Shown: one piece after another, positions 1 through 8,951 of the stretch
How the letters are laid out: each line of letters begins with the position of its first letter
Numbering within the stretch: position 1 is the first letter of the stretch
Origin: Solirubrobacterales bacterium
Lineage (GTDB): Bacteria > Actinomycetota > Thermoleophilia > Solirubrobacterales > 70-9
Assembly: GCA_040881895.1 (NCBI GenBank)
Contig: JBBECI010000043.1
Span: 9,065 to 73,064, forward strand
Length of the DNA stretch: 64,000 nucleotides
Reading direction: 5' to 3'
Position numbers and translations under genes: made by a program
Notes under the pieces: generated by a model
The model's database searches: none
What the model was told of the DNA's origin: nothing
Seen by the model: only the letters and a program-made list of their open reading frames with translations

Positions 1-206
1 TACATCGTGCTGGCCGGATTTTCAATGTCCCACAGCCCGCCGACCTCGGTGTGAAGCTCAAATCCGACAAATGGGATACCGCGACGGGCGAGGTTCCGGG
101 CTGCTGCCAGGCCTGCAGGTCCGGCGCCGATCAGCGCATACGGCAGCTGCGCCGTTTTTCCGTTCAGCTCTCCGGCGCCCGGCTGGCCGTTTTCTGCACC
201 ATGCAT
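1..206 (-). CDS. FAD/NAD(P)-binding flavin monooxygenase-like oxidoreductase, N-terminal fragment running off the left edge
   Basis: Absent from the ORF track because it has no stop in the window. Reverse-strand ATG at 206-204 opens MHGAENGQPGAGELNGKTAQLPYALIGAGPAGLAAARNLARRGIPFVGFELHTEVGGLWDIENPASTMY. It has a GAGPAGL dinucleotide-binding motif followed by GGLW, as in FMO/Baeyer-Villiger-type flavoproteins. Confidence 0.6.
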   Translation of the reverse strand, partial: MHGAENGQPGAGELNGKTAQLPYALIGAGPAGLAAARNLARRGIPFVGFELHTEVGGLWDIENPASTM

Positions 207-272
207 GATCAAAGATGCTAGCGATCCCCGGCCAATAGCCAGACTGGCCGGTTGAGACGGTACCTTTGTGGC

Positions 273-1535
273 ATGGCCGATATCCAGCCTCTTCCTGCCC
301 TCCACTACAACCTGGCCTCGGTGGGTTCGCTTTCCGCGGTGGTCGCACCGCCCTACGACGTGATCGTTGGGAGCGAACGCGCCCGGTTGCTGGCCCGATC
401 ACCATTCAACGTGGTAGAGATCGACCTGCCTGTTGCCCAAGGCGAGGAATCTGACGCATACGCGCACGCCGCCGAAACCCTTGAAGAGTGGACGCTGGCA
501 GGAGTACTCACGCAGGACCGCAAGCCGACCATGTGGGCACTCTCGCAGCAGTACGAGGGCCCGGACGGAGCCACCCGTACTCGCAACGGGATCCTGGTCC
601 GGGTCGGCGTCGATGACTACGGACCCGGTCGGATCCGGCCTCATGAGCGAACCCAGCCAGGACCAAAGCAGGACCGGCTGGACCTGACGCGCGCGACCCG
701 TTACAACCTCTCCCCCATTTTCTCTTTGACCACCCGCGATGCCTGGCCGCATGTGGCACCGGCAACCCTGGCCGAACCTTGGGCCGAAGTCACAGACGAA
801 GAAGGCACCGTTCACCGGATATGGCCGATTGATGACCCTGCGATCCACGAGGCGGTGCGCGAGGAGTTGCGTGAAGCCGAGCTGCTGATCGCCGATGGCC
901 ACCATCGCTACGAGACGGCCCGCGCCTACCGCGACGAAGTGCCGGGAGCTGGCCCGCAGAACTACACACTGATGGCTCTTACCGGACTCTCAGACCCGGG
1001 GCTGACCGTCTTTCCTACCCACCGCCTGCTCTCGGGGCTGGCTGGGGATGCGGACCTCCGTGACCACCTCGAGCGTGGCATCAACGAAACCTTTGAAGTT
1101 GAAGAGACTGACCTCGACGGACTCGACCCGGAAGGGCGCGAAGGGATCGGCTGCTTCGGCTATGTCGACGGCACCACCGGCCGGCACTTCAAGCTCACTC
1201 TCCGGGATCCGGGCGGGCTGGATCAGCTGATGGAGGGCCGCTCCGAGGCCTACCGGGAACTCGATGCGGCAATCCTCGAGAAGGTTATTTTTCAGGAGGT
1301 TCTGGGAATGAGTGAGGCAGACGTTGAAGCCAAGCGTGGTCTCGGATACTCGAAGAGCATCCGGTCCTCGCTGGAGATGCTGGCCGGAGGCGAATATCAG
1401 GCAGCCTTCATCCTTCGGGCCACGCCGATCGAGCAGGTACGCGAAGTAGCAGCGGCAGGTGAGACGATGCCCCCCAAATCAACCTACTTCTTCCCCAAGC
1501 TACTTTCGGGAATGGTCTTCAACCCACTCAGTTAG
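273..1535 (+). CDS. DUF1015 family protein
   Basis: ORF 252..1535. The N-terminus MADIQPLPALHYN and the LIADGHHRYETA motif are typical of DUF1015. The ATG at 273 is preferred over the TTG at 252. Confidence 0.7.
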   Translation: MADIQPLPALHYNLASVGSLSAVVAPPYDVIVGSERARLLARSPFNVVEIDLPVAQGEESDAYAHAAETLEEWTLAGVLTQDRKPTMWALSQQYEGPDGATRTRNGILVRVGVDDYGPGRIRPHERTQPGPKQDRLDLTRATRYNLSPIFSLTTRDAWPHVAPATLAEPWAEVTDEEGTVHRIWPIDDPAIHEAVREELREAELLIADGHHRYETARAYRDEVPGAGPQNYTLMALTGLSDPGLTVFPTHRLLSGLAGDADLRDHLERGINETFEVEETDLDGLDPEGREGIGCFGYVDGTTGRHFKLTLRDPGGLDQLMEGRSEAYRELDAAILEKVIFQEVLGMSEADVEAKRGLGYSKSIRSSLEMLAGGEYQAAFILRATPIEQVREVAAAGETMPPKSTYFFPKLLSGMVFNPLS

Positions 1536-1542
1536 GAGAACC

Positions 1543-2109
1543 TTGCTCAAGATCTACACAAAGAAAGGCGACGACGGTACGACCGGCCTCTGGTACGGGG
1601 GAAGGGTCGAGAAGTCTGGCCTTAGGACCGACGCCTACGGCACCCTCGACGAAGCCACATCAGCCCTCGGCATCGCCCGGGCTGCCTGCGGTGCTGATCA
1701 GGCTGAACTCGCGGCCGACATCCTCGCCCTCCAGAACGAACTTTTTGTGGCAGGTGCCGAGCTCGCCACCGCCCCGGAGGCGGCCGAACGCCTTGAGGAC
1801 GGGGTCAGCCGGATCACCGCCGAGATGACCGATGCCCTCGACGGGGAAATCGACAAGTACATGTCACAAGTGGATCTGCCGCCGAAATTCGTCATCCCTG
1901 GAGGCACGGAACTGTCAGCGCAACTCGACCTCGCCCGTACCATCGTTCGACGGGCCGAGCGCGCAGTGGTCCGGATCAGTCTGGCCGGCGAACTGGCTTC
2001 CAACGAAATCCTGCGCTTCCTCAATCGGGCCTCGGACCTCTGCTTCGCGATGGCCAGATATGCCGATAACGAAGAGCCGCAGCTGTTCGAAGGAAGGCGC
2101 AAGTCCTGA
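1543..2109 (+). CDS. PduO-type ATP:cob(I)alamin (cob(I)yrinic acid a,c-diamide) adenosyltransferase
   Basis: IYTKKGDDGTTGL N-terminal signature. In-frame TTG at 1543 lies 5 nt after an AGGAG at 1534-1538. The upstream part of ORF 1459..2109 overlaps the DUF1015 gene. Confidence 0.85.
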   Translation: MLKIYTKKGDDGTTGLWYGGRVEKSGLRTDAYGTLDEATSALGIARAACGADQAELAADILALQNELFVAGAELATAPEAAERLEDGVSRITAEMTDALDGEIDKYMSQVDLPPKFVIPGGTELSAQLDLARTIVRRAERAVVRISLAGELASNEILRFLNRASDLCFAMARYADNEEPQLFEGRRKS

Positions 2110-2501
2110 GTAAGACAGCAACCATCACCACCGGACCCGAACTCCCGTCCAGGGTGGAGCTGAACACGGGCATGACTCTGGTTTTCGACCAGGATTACGA
2201 CGGTCGCGAGACCGACCTCGAGGGTCCAAGCTCGACCGAAGGAGTGAGCGCAGCCCTCGCATCCTGCACCGCTGTAACCCTGAACATCTATGCGTCGCGA
2301 AAAGGCTGGGATCTCACCGGTCTGGAAGTCACGGTTGAGACAGCCTACGAAGGCCCTAACCCGTCCCTGTTCAAGGTCAGGGTCAGCTACCCCGAGCAGC
2401 TCGCGGAGAATCAAATCGAACGCCTGGCTCGGATTGCGGCCCGGTGTCCGGTTCACCGACTGATCGCTGAAGCGACTCCGATTGAAGTCCTGACCGCGTG
2501 A
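2106..2501 (+). CDS. OsmC/Ohr family protein (start probably CTG 2106; canonical-start alternative GTG 2154)
   Basis: The ORF track gives 2154..2501 (115 aa), with GPSSTEGVSAALASCTAVTL and ARCPVHRL OsmC-like motifs. The frame is open back to TAA 2067 and contains no ATG/GTG/TTG. CTG 2106-2108 overlaps the upstream TGA (CTGA) and follows GAAGGAAGG. This start adds SKTATITTGPELPSR, which matches the first beta-strand of OsmC/YhfA-like proteins. Confidence 0.7.
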   Translation: MSKTATITTGPELPSRVELNTGMTLVFDQDYDGRETDLEGPSSTEGVSAALASCTAVTLNIYASRKGWDLTGLEVTVETAYEGPNPSLFKVRVSYPEQLAENQIERLARIAARCPVHRLIAEATPIEVLTA

Positions 2502-3298
2502 ATCTCGGACTTGAGAACCGGGTCTGCGCCGTGACCGGGGCCAGCAGCGGGATCGGTTTCGAAGTTTCGCGACAGCTCTGCGCCGAGGGCGCGAAAGTCT
2601 TGATGATTTCGCGCAACCCGGAGCAGCTGGCTGCGATGTCGGAAGTCGTCAGGGCCGAAGGAGGCACAGCCGGGGTGGTGGTAATGGACATCACCGAGAA
2701 TCACTCGGGCGAGCACATAGTGGCAGCAGCCCGACAGGAGTTTGGCGGACTCGACGTCCTCGTCAACAACGCCGGATTCGCCCGCCGGCAGGATCTGGCA
2801 GACACTCCGGAGCAGGATTTCCGCGATCAGCTTGAGCTCAGCGTCATGGCTCCGCTGAACCTGATTCGGGCAGCCCTTCCGGGAATGCTTGAACAGGGAT
2901 GGGGAAGGGTCGTCAACGTTTCCTCAAGCGCCGGCAAGAGGCCGTCCGAGATGATGCCCGACTACTCGGTGGGCAAAGCGGCGATGCTTTCTCTCTCCCG
3001 CCTCTTTGCCGAGCGCTACGCAGCTCAGGGAGTTCTGGTCAACGCTGTCTGTCCCGGGCCCACCGGCTCGGAACTCTGGATGGAGCCGGGCGGGCTGCTT
3101 GATCAGGCGCGTCATGCCGCTGGTGGAGACAGTCGCGAGGAAGCCCGTGCGAGAGTTGGCTCGAAGCGGCCGATCGGACGCATGGCTACGCCGGAGGAAA
3201 TCGCCTCGGTAATCACTTTCCTGTGCTCCGACCGCGCATCCTTTGTCTCGGGCTCCGCCTGGGGGGTCGATGGTGGGACCGTCCCCGTGATCATCTGA
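2498..3298 (+). CDS. SDR family oxidoreductase
   Basis: VTGASSGIG cofactor motif, NNAG, and the YSVGKAA catalytic Y-x3-K. GTGA start/stop overlap with the upstream gene. Confidence 0.85.
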   Translation: MNLGLENRVCAVTGASSGIGFEVSRQLCAEGAKVLMISRNPEQLAAMSEVVRAEGGTAGVVVMDITENHSGEHIVAAARQEFGGLDVLVNNAGFARRQDLADTPEQDFRDQLELSVMAPLNLIRAALPGMLEQGWGRVVNVSSSAGKRPSEMMPDYSVGKAAMLSLSRLFAERYAAQGVLVNAVCPGPTGSELWMEPGGLLDQARHAAGGDSREEARARVGSKRPIGRMATPEEIASVITFLCSDRASFVSGSAWGVDGGTVPVII

Positions 3299-3358
3299 GC
3301 TTCGCCTCGAATCGTCCCTTTCAGGACAGCCTGTAACGGGCGGCACGGGGCGTGCGGC

Positions 3359-3940
3359 ATGATTCGTGTCGTGAACTACGGCGATCTCGAACTCTCGGAT
3401 CTGCTCCTGACGCATCAGGAGGCAACCGACCTGAAGGCTCACGGAAACCGCGAAGCCGCCGTCCTGCTGCCGATTACTGACTGGTCGCACAAACCCAGGC
3501 TGGTCTTCACCGAACGCCGGGCTGATCTCAACAAGCACGCCGGGGAGATCTCCTTCCCGGGCGGCATGAGTGAATCCGACGACAGAGACCTCGCAGCGAC
3601 CGCCCTCCGCGAGTCCCATGAAGAGGTCAACCTCCACCCGGAACGGGTCGAGATAGTAGGCGCCCTGGCACCAGTGGGAACCTTCGTCACCTCGTACCGA
3701 ATCCAGCCTTTCGTCGGAATCGTCACGGGAGACGAACCACTGATCGCCAACCCTCAGGAGGTCGCATCGATTCTCCACTACGGGATCGATGAGCTGGTTG
3801 ACTCCTACGCGATGCGGAGGCTGGTCCGGCGGGGAGTCCCGATCCGTACCCCCACCTTCAATATGGGTCGTCACACGATCTGGGGTGCCACGGCGCGGAT
3901 CCTGTCGGACTTTTTGATCCGAATCCGCGCTTTCAGCTGA
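3359..3940 (+). CDS. NUDIX hydrolase, CoA pyrophosphatase-like
   Basis: Nudix box in ISFPGGMSESDDRDLAATALRESHEEVNL (G-x5-E-x7-REx2EE-like). The length and context resemble the NudL/CoA pyrophosphatase subgroup. Confidence 0.75.
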   Translation: MIRVVNYGDLELSDLLLTHQEATDLKAHGNREAAVLLPITDWSHKPRLVFTERRADLNKHAGEISFPGGMSESDDRDLAATALRESHEEVNLHPERVEIVGALAPVGTFVTSYRIQPFVGIVTGDEPLIANPQEVASILHYGIDELVDSYAMRRLVRRGVPIRTPTFNMGRHTIWGATARILSDFLIRIRAFS

Positions 3941-3985
3941 CCCGGCTCGGCAATCTTCTGCCGGATTCGCCCCTAAGCTTGTCTG

Positions 3986-4831
3986 ATGGCTGATCCACAG
4001 CTGCTGACGAGCATCGACGGAGTGATCACCCCCTCGACCGAGGCCGTGTTGCCCCTGCCTGATGACGGACTCTTCCGCGGCGACGGCGTCTTTGAGGTGC
4101 TGCGCAGTTACGAGGGTCATGTCTTCGCACTCAGCGAGCATCTCGATCGTATGGAGGCGTCAGCGGCGGTGCTGGATCTCCAGATCGAGCGGGAACAAGT
4201 AGAGGCCGACGCCGCAGCCCTCATCGCCCAACCCGCCGCAGGTGAAGCCCCCGGAGGGGACCAGGATCATGGGAGCCGGATGGTCGGGCCAGACTGCCTC
4301 CTCAGGATTATCGTCACCAGAGCAGGCAGGCGGGTGCTCACACTCGAACCCCTCCCGGTCTACCCGCTTTCGGTTTCGCTCGCGACCGTTTCCTACTCGC
4401 CAAGCGTGATCCTCAACGGAGTCAAGTCACTTTCATATGCGGCGAACATGCAGGCAACCCGGATCGCCAAAGAGTCGGGGGCCGACGAAGCCCTCCTGAT
4501 CACGCCCGAAGACGTTGTGCTGGAGCCTCCCACCTCAACGCTGTTCTGGGTCTCACCCGACGGTCCCCTGCGTACCACCGACACCAGGGCCGGCGTGCTC
4601 GATTCGATCACCAGGCGCAAGGTCATCGAGCGATGCGAGGTCGAGACAGGTCACTTCGGGATCGAAGATGTCATGGCATCGAGCGAGGTCTTCCTGGCTT
4701 CGACCACGCGTGAGATACAGCCTGTCCACGCAATCGACGGCCAGCCGATCCCCACTGTTCCCGCCCCCCGGACCAACGAAGCCGGCACGGCCTTTGCGGA
4801 GGCGGTTGCTGAAGAGTGTGGAGCCGGCTAG
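3986..4831 (+). CDS. Class IV (fold type IV) PLP aminotransferase / aminodeoxychorismate lyase family
   Basis: GDGVFEVLRSY... and LNGVKSLSY (PLP Lys region) with a C-terminal EVFLASTTREIQPV pattern, typical of the BCAT/D-AAT/PabC family. Confidence 0.75.
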   Translation: MADPQLLTSIDGVITPSTEAVLPLPDDGLFRGDGVFEVLRSYEGHVFALSEHLDRMEASAAVLDLQIEREQVEADAAALIAQPAAGEAPGGDQDHGSRMVGPDCLLRIIVTRAGRRVLTLEPLPVYPLSVSLATVSYSPSVILNGVKSLSYAANMQATRIAKESGADEALLITPEDVVLEPPTSTLFWVSPDGPLRTTDTRAGVLDSITRRKVIERCEVETGHFGIEDVMASSEVFLASTTREIQPVHAIDGQPIPTVPAPRTNEAGTAFAEAVAEECGAG

Positions 4832-4855
4832 CCCCCGTCGGCGGTCAGTCGCTAC

Positions 4856-5800
4856 TCAGAACTCGGTGTCACGCAGGTACCACTCAGCGTCCAACGCACC
4901 CTGGCAACCCGAACCTGATGCCGTGATCGCCTGACGATAGGTGTGATCAACCAGATCCCCTGCGGCGAAGACTCCCTTGAGGTTGGTCCTGGTTGACTCT
5001 GCTTCGGTGACGACGTAGCCCTCGTCATCCGTGCTGACCTGGCCGGCCACCACTTCCGACCTCGGGATGTGACCGATCGCAACGAACGCACCGCCTACAG
5101 CGACCTCGCTTGCTTCGCCCGTATCCGAGTTGCGAAGCCTGACCGAAGCCAGTGAGCCATCCTCGCCGGCGATGAACTCCTCGGGCGCGAAAGGGGTCAT
5201 CAGATTGATGTTGGGTGTTGCCTTGGCACGGTCCTGCATGATCGCCGAGGCCCGGAACTCATTGCGACGGTGGACCAGGTCCAGTTCGGTAGAAAATTTC
5301 GACACGAAAATGGCATCTTCCATGGCAGAGTCGCCGCCACCGATGACCATCGTCTTTTTGCCCTTGAAGAACGCCCCGTCGCAGACGCCGCAAGTCGAGA
5401 CGCCACGGCCCATCAGTTCCATCTCGCCCGGAATGCCGAGCCGTCGCGGCTCCGCACCCATGGACAGGATCACCGACCTGGCGAGGTACTCCTCATCGCC
5501 GAGGTAGGCCTTCTGAATACCGCCGTCTCCGAGTTCAACCCGGTCAATGTCGTCACTTACGAAGCGGGTCCCGAAGCGCTCCGCCTGCTCGCGGAAGCGG
5601 GTCATCATCTCCGGACCCATGATGCCCTCTGGAAAGCCGGGGTAGTTTTCAACGTCGGTCGTGTTCTGAAGCTGCCCGCCCCACTGGAAGCCTTCGAAGA
5701 CGAGAGGGTTCAGTTCGGCACGGCTGGCATAAAGGGCAGCGGTGTAACCGGCGGGGCCCCCACCGATGATGATCATGTTCTCAACTTCGCTGCCGCTCAT
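4856..5800 (-). CDS. trxB: Thioredoxin-disulfide reductase
   Basis: IIGGGPAGYTAALYASRA FAD motif, redox-active CGVCDGAFF, second GGGDSAMEDA NADPH motif, C-terminal GVFAAGDL. Confidence 0.9.
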   Translation of the reverse strand: MSGSEVENMIIIGGGPAGYTAALYASRAELNPLVFEGFQWGGQLQNTTDVENYPGFPEGIMGPEMMTRFREQAERFGTRFVSDDIDRVELGDGGIQKAYLGDEEYLARSVILSMGAEPRRLGIPGEMELMGRGVSTCGVCDGAFFKGKKTMVIGGGDSAMEDAIFVSKFSTELDLVHRRNEFRASAIMQDRAKATPNINLMTPFAPEEFIAGEDGSLASVRLRNSDTGEASEVAVGGAFVAIGHIPRSEVVAGQVSTDDEGYVVTEAESTRTNLKGVFAAGDLVDHTYRQAITASGSGCQGALDAEWYLRDTEF

Positions 5801-5913
5801 ATTGTTCTTTCCTTGCTTTCTCCGCTACCGGATGTGTCTTCCTGAAGTTCCATTACTTTACTTTATGAAGTCTAACTTCCCGGCCACCCAGGACGCCCTG
5901 ACGGGTTGAAGCC

Positions 5914-7092
5914 TCACGCCTTGTGTCTGCTCAGGGATCTCTGCGGTGGGCGGTCAATTGGAAGTCCCTCGGTCTTCCAGCGCTTTACCGTCCCGCGTAG
6001 CTGGAAGAAGGCGACTACTCCCGGTGGGATCGGCAGCCAGAAGGCAACAAGACGGTAGATCAGGATCGCGGCAAACACCTCTGCGTCCGGAAAACCGAAA
6101 AGTACGAAGGTCCCGATCATGCCCGCGTCCACGGCTCCTACTCCGGCCGGCACGAAGGGGATCAGGTTCGCAGCCATGCCGATGAAGAACCCCATCACCA
6201 CGACCCCGAATGGCACCGCTATCCCGAGTGCTTTGAATGACGCCCAGAGGATCCCGATATTGGCGGCCCAGAAGCCAACCGCACCCAGAACTGCCAGTCC
6301 TGCCCGGGTTGGATGTGCGAGCAGTTTCAAGGCCACCCTCACTCCTTCGGCAACGGTGGCCGGCACCTTCGCAAGCCGCGCCAGGTACTTTGCCGAGGGG
6401 CGACGGTCCGAATACGCCTGGATCCGTCGTTCGATATCGGCTGGCACCAGGGCGACCGCCAGGCCGACGACCATCACGATTCCAGCGATCGCCGCGGGAA
6501 CTATGGTCAGCGATACGACTGTACTGCCGCTGAGGACCCCGGTTCTCAGAAGGACTCCGAAAACGACGATCGCCAGTGGATAGAAGAGGTAATGAAGCAC
6601 GATGAAGGCGACCATGCGGGTTCCGACATCGCGCCTCTCCATCCCTCCCTGACGCAAGGCCCAGTAGGTCAGAACCACTCCGCCTGCACCACCGGCTGAG
6701 AAGAGCAGCGTCGCAGCGAAGCCCGCCATATTGATCTCGTAGGCCTCACGCCAGGTGATCGGAAAGACATCCCCTCCCACAACCGCTCGAAAAAGGGCGA
6801 TGTAGGTGATGAAGGAAGCGATGCCGAACCCGATGGCGACAGCCACCCAGATCGGAGTTGCCTCTCCGAGGGTCCCGGCCGCGTCTCCGACTCCCACCAG
6901 TTTCGGTATGAAGAAGTAGATGCCGACGATCAGGACGGTTATGAGCAGCAGTGTCTGGACCGCGCCCCGGACCGTAAAGGTCGGAAGGCCATCGTCGACC
7001 TCGACCGCAGGCTGACCAGCCTCTGCTTCCTCCACAGTCAAATGATCAGGTTGCGGCACAGAGACCACCTCACGAAGTCGCGATCGCTTCAA
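5914..7092 (-). CDS. Flippase-like / lysylphosphatidylglycerol-synthase TM-region family membrane protein (UPF0104-like)
   Basis: 392 aa and polytopic, with about 8 hydrophobic segments. The pattern resembles the TIGR00374/UPF0104 family. Assignment is by general resemblance only. Confidence 0.55.
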   Translation of the reverse strand: MKRSRLREVVSVPQPDHLTVEEAEAGQPAVEVDDGLPTFTVRGAVQTLLLITVLIVGIYFFIPKLVGVGDAAGTLGEATPIWVAVAIGFGIASFITYIALFRAVVGGDVFPITWREAYEINMAGFAATLLFSAGGAGGVVLTYWALRQGGMERRDVGTRMVAFIVLHYLFYPLAIVVFGVLLRTGVLSGSTVVSLTIVPAAIAGIVMVVGLAVALVPADIERRIQAYSDRRPSAKYLARLAKVPATVAEGVRVALKLLAHPTRAGLAVLGAVGFWAANIGILWASFKALGIAVPFGVVVMGFFIGMAANLIPFVPAGVGAVDAGMIGTFVLFGFPDAEVFAAILIYRLVAFWLPIPPGVVAFFQLRGTVKRWKTEGLPIDRPPQRSLSRHKA

Positions 7093-8029
7093 ACCGCTGC
7101 AGGCTTGAGTTGATCTGACCGACGATCGGGCGGGCGAGGGGCTCTCCCTTGCGGACCAGCAGGACGACGGCAGCGCCGGCCAGAAGGTCCGTCACGTAAT
7201 GCTCGCCCAGATAGACAAGCGAGAAACCGAGCGCCCCGGCATAGAGCCAGCCCAGCGCGCCCTGAATCCGGCCACCGTTGTCGCTGAGAAGAATCGCAGC
7301 CATCAGGGCTGTGGCGAAATGGAGTGAGGGCATGGCAGCCCAGGGATTGCTCCCAAGGGTGCCGAATATCCGCGTCCATGCCGGACCCCAGGTCCGCTCG
7401 CCGAACTGAACCATCACCCGATCGATCTGTTCGTCACCCGTATGTCCGTTTTCGGCGGCCCACCACGGTGGGGCTGTTGGCACCACGAAATAGAAGAGAC
7501 ATCCGATATCGAAGACAGCAGCCATCTGCCTTGCCGAGTGCGGGAAGGCTTCGCTCCGACGAAGCAGTATCCAAAGCAGCGCCGAGTTTGGCTGCACAAA
7601 CCAGATCCAGTGGGACCAGGCGGCAAAGGTTGTCAGGAAGTCGCCTCGAAATCCTTTCTGAAGGGAGCGCTGGAGCATGGAACCAGGAAGCCTGCCTCGA
7701 CCGATCCAGCGATCTGCCTTGATCGGATAGTCGATCCTGAGACGCCGACGCAGGCGCTCAGGATTGTCGTAGGGAAGTTCGTGGGTAACCGCGAAGGCCC
7801 ACATCTGCGCGCCGAACAGGGCGAGGTCCCGTGCCTTGGTCCTGGGCCAGAGAACCGCGATCGCGGCTGGCGCCGCCACAGTCGAGGCCACCGTCACCGA
7901 TGTCGGCAGGCGAAGCTGCCGACGCACATGCGGCACGACGACCGCAGCCGCCAGCGCAGCGAACCCGGCGACCCGCAGGGCAGATCGCTTCCGGTCCCGT
8001 GCCGCGCTGGAGGGGGTCCGCCATCTCAT
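7070..8029 (-). CDS. PAP2 superfamily phosphatase / phosphotransferase-like membrane protein
   Basis: C-terminal PSLHFATALMAA and GEHYVTDLLAG match PAP2 motifs C2/C3 (SxH, SRxxxxxHxxxD-like). Overlaps the downstream membrane protein gene by 23 nt. Confidence 0.6.
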   Translation of the reverse strand: MRWRTPSSAARDRKRSALRVAGFAALAAAVVVPHVRRQLRLPTSVTVASTVAAPAAIAVLWPRTKARDLALFGAQMWAFAVTHELPYDNPERLRRRLRIDYPIKADRWIGRGRLPGSMLQRSLQKGFRGDFLTTFAAWSHWIWFVQPNSALLWILLRRSEAFPHSARQMAAVFDIGCLFYFVVPTAPPWWAAENGHTGDEQIDRVMVQFGERTWGPAWTRIFGTLGSNPWAAMPSLHFATALMAAILLSDNGGRIQGALGWLYAGALGFSLVYLGEHYVTDLLAGAAVVLLVRKGEPLARPIVGQINSSLQRFEAIATS

Positions 8030-8117
8030 TGCCGTATGGAGACTAAGCCAACAACGCTGACCGTTGACGATGACCCGGCGTCGCCTGTCCGGCTCATCCG
8101 ATTAGAATGGCCGAGTT

Positions 8118-8951
8118 GTGCTGTCCCGTTCCGGAAAAATCCTGCCCCTCGCTTTGACGATCGCCTCAGCAGCGACCGCGATGGCGGCCTTCGCCTCACC
8201 GGCTTCGGCCTTTTCGCTGAACCCGGATGCCGCATCGCCGGGCATCGAAAAAATCAACACTTTCCACTGGATCATTTTCGTCGTGACCGTGATCGCGATC
8301 GTGATCGTGAACCTCGCAATTCTGCGTGCCGCGAAACCGCGACACCGGCATGTCCAGAGCGAAAGCACCGGCGGCGGACGCCAGATGCGCGTCGGCTTTG
8401 GCCTCGGTGTGGTGGCCCTCGCTCTCTTCGTCACGGCAACTGTTTTTTCAAGTCAGGCCCGGGAAGTGCCGGTGGGTAGCAGCGAAGTCGCGGGGCTGAA
8501 CGCGGATGACCAGCTCGAGATCCGAGTCACCGGACAGCAATGGCTCTGGCGCTACGACTATCCCAACACAGCCTTTTCCTACCATCGACTCGTGGTACCG
8601 GTCGATACCACTGTTGCTCTGAATCTGGTCTCGGCTGATGTAATCCACGGCTGGAACGTGCCTGCCCTCACCGGCAAAGCACAGGCTGTGCCGGGCAAAA
8701 CCAACAGCCTTTACTTCAGGGCCGACCGGGAAGGGGTCTTTACCGGACAGGCCTCCGTCCTTTCCGGACAGGGCTACGACACCATGCAGTCTGAGGTAGC
8801 AGTCGTTTCTCTGGCCAAGTACGAAGCCTTCGTGCAACGCCTCAGGGCGGCCATTCAGGAGGCCCAGGACTCTGTGGTCGCCACGCAGCAAAAGGAACTC
8901 CGCGAAGCCGCTGAGGAGACGCCCACAGGAGAGGTTGAACCCCAGCCATGA
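8118..8951 (+). CDS. Heme-copper oxidase subunit II-like protein lacking the CuA Cys/His ligands
   Basis: Signal/TM N-terminus plus a cupredoxin-like C-terminal domain (LWRYDYP, DVIHGWNVP). Canonical CtaC in this window has CTELCGAGHSTM; this protein has ASVLSGQGYDTM (nt 8751-8786). Confidence 0.75.
   Translation: MLSRSGKILPLALTIASAATAMAAFASPASAFSLNPDAASPGIEKINTFHWIIFVVTVIAIVIVNLAILRAAKPRHRHVQSESTGGGRQMRVGFGLGVVALALFVTATVFSSQAREVPVGSSEVAGLNADDQLEIRVTGQQWLWRYDYPNTAFSYHRLVVPVDTTVALNLVSADVIHGWNVPALTGKAQAVPGKTNSLYFRADREGVFTGQASVLSGQGYDTMQSEVAVVSLAKYEAFVQRLRAAIQEAQDSVVATQQKELREAAEETPTGEVEPQP

Noticed and set aside
2924-4141. 405-aa ORF on the minus strand
   Set aside because: It lies antisense to three genes with clear family motifs (SDR, NUDIX, class IV aminotransferase). 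The composition is Arg/Gly/Pro-rich, as expected for an antisense frame in GC-rich DNA, and no motif is present.
8118-8951. Reading the CuA-less subunit II as an ordinary quinol oxidase (CyoA-type) subunit
   Set aside because: Quinol oxidases lose CuA but their subunit I keeps all six histidine ligands. Here the partner subunit I has lost five of six, so the simple bo3/aa3-quinol oxidase call does not fit.
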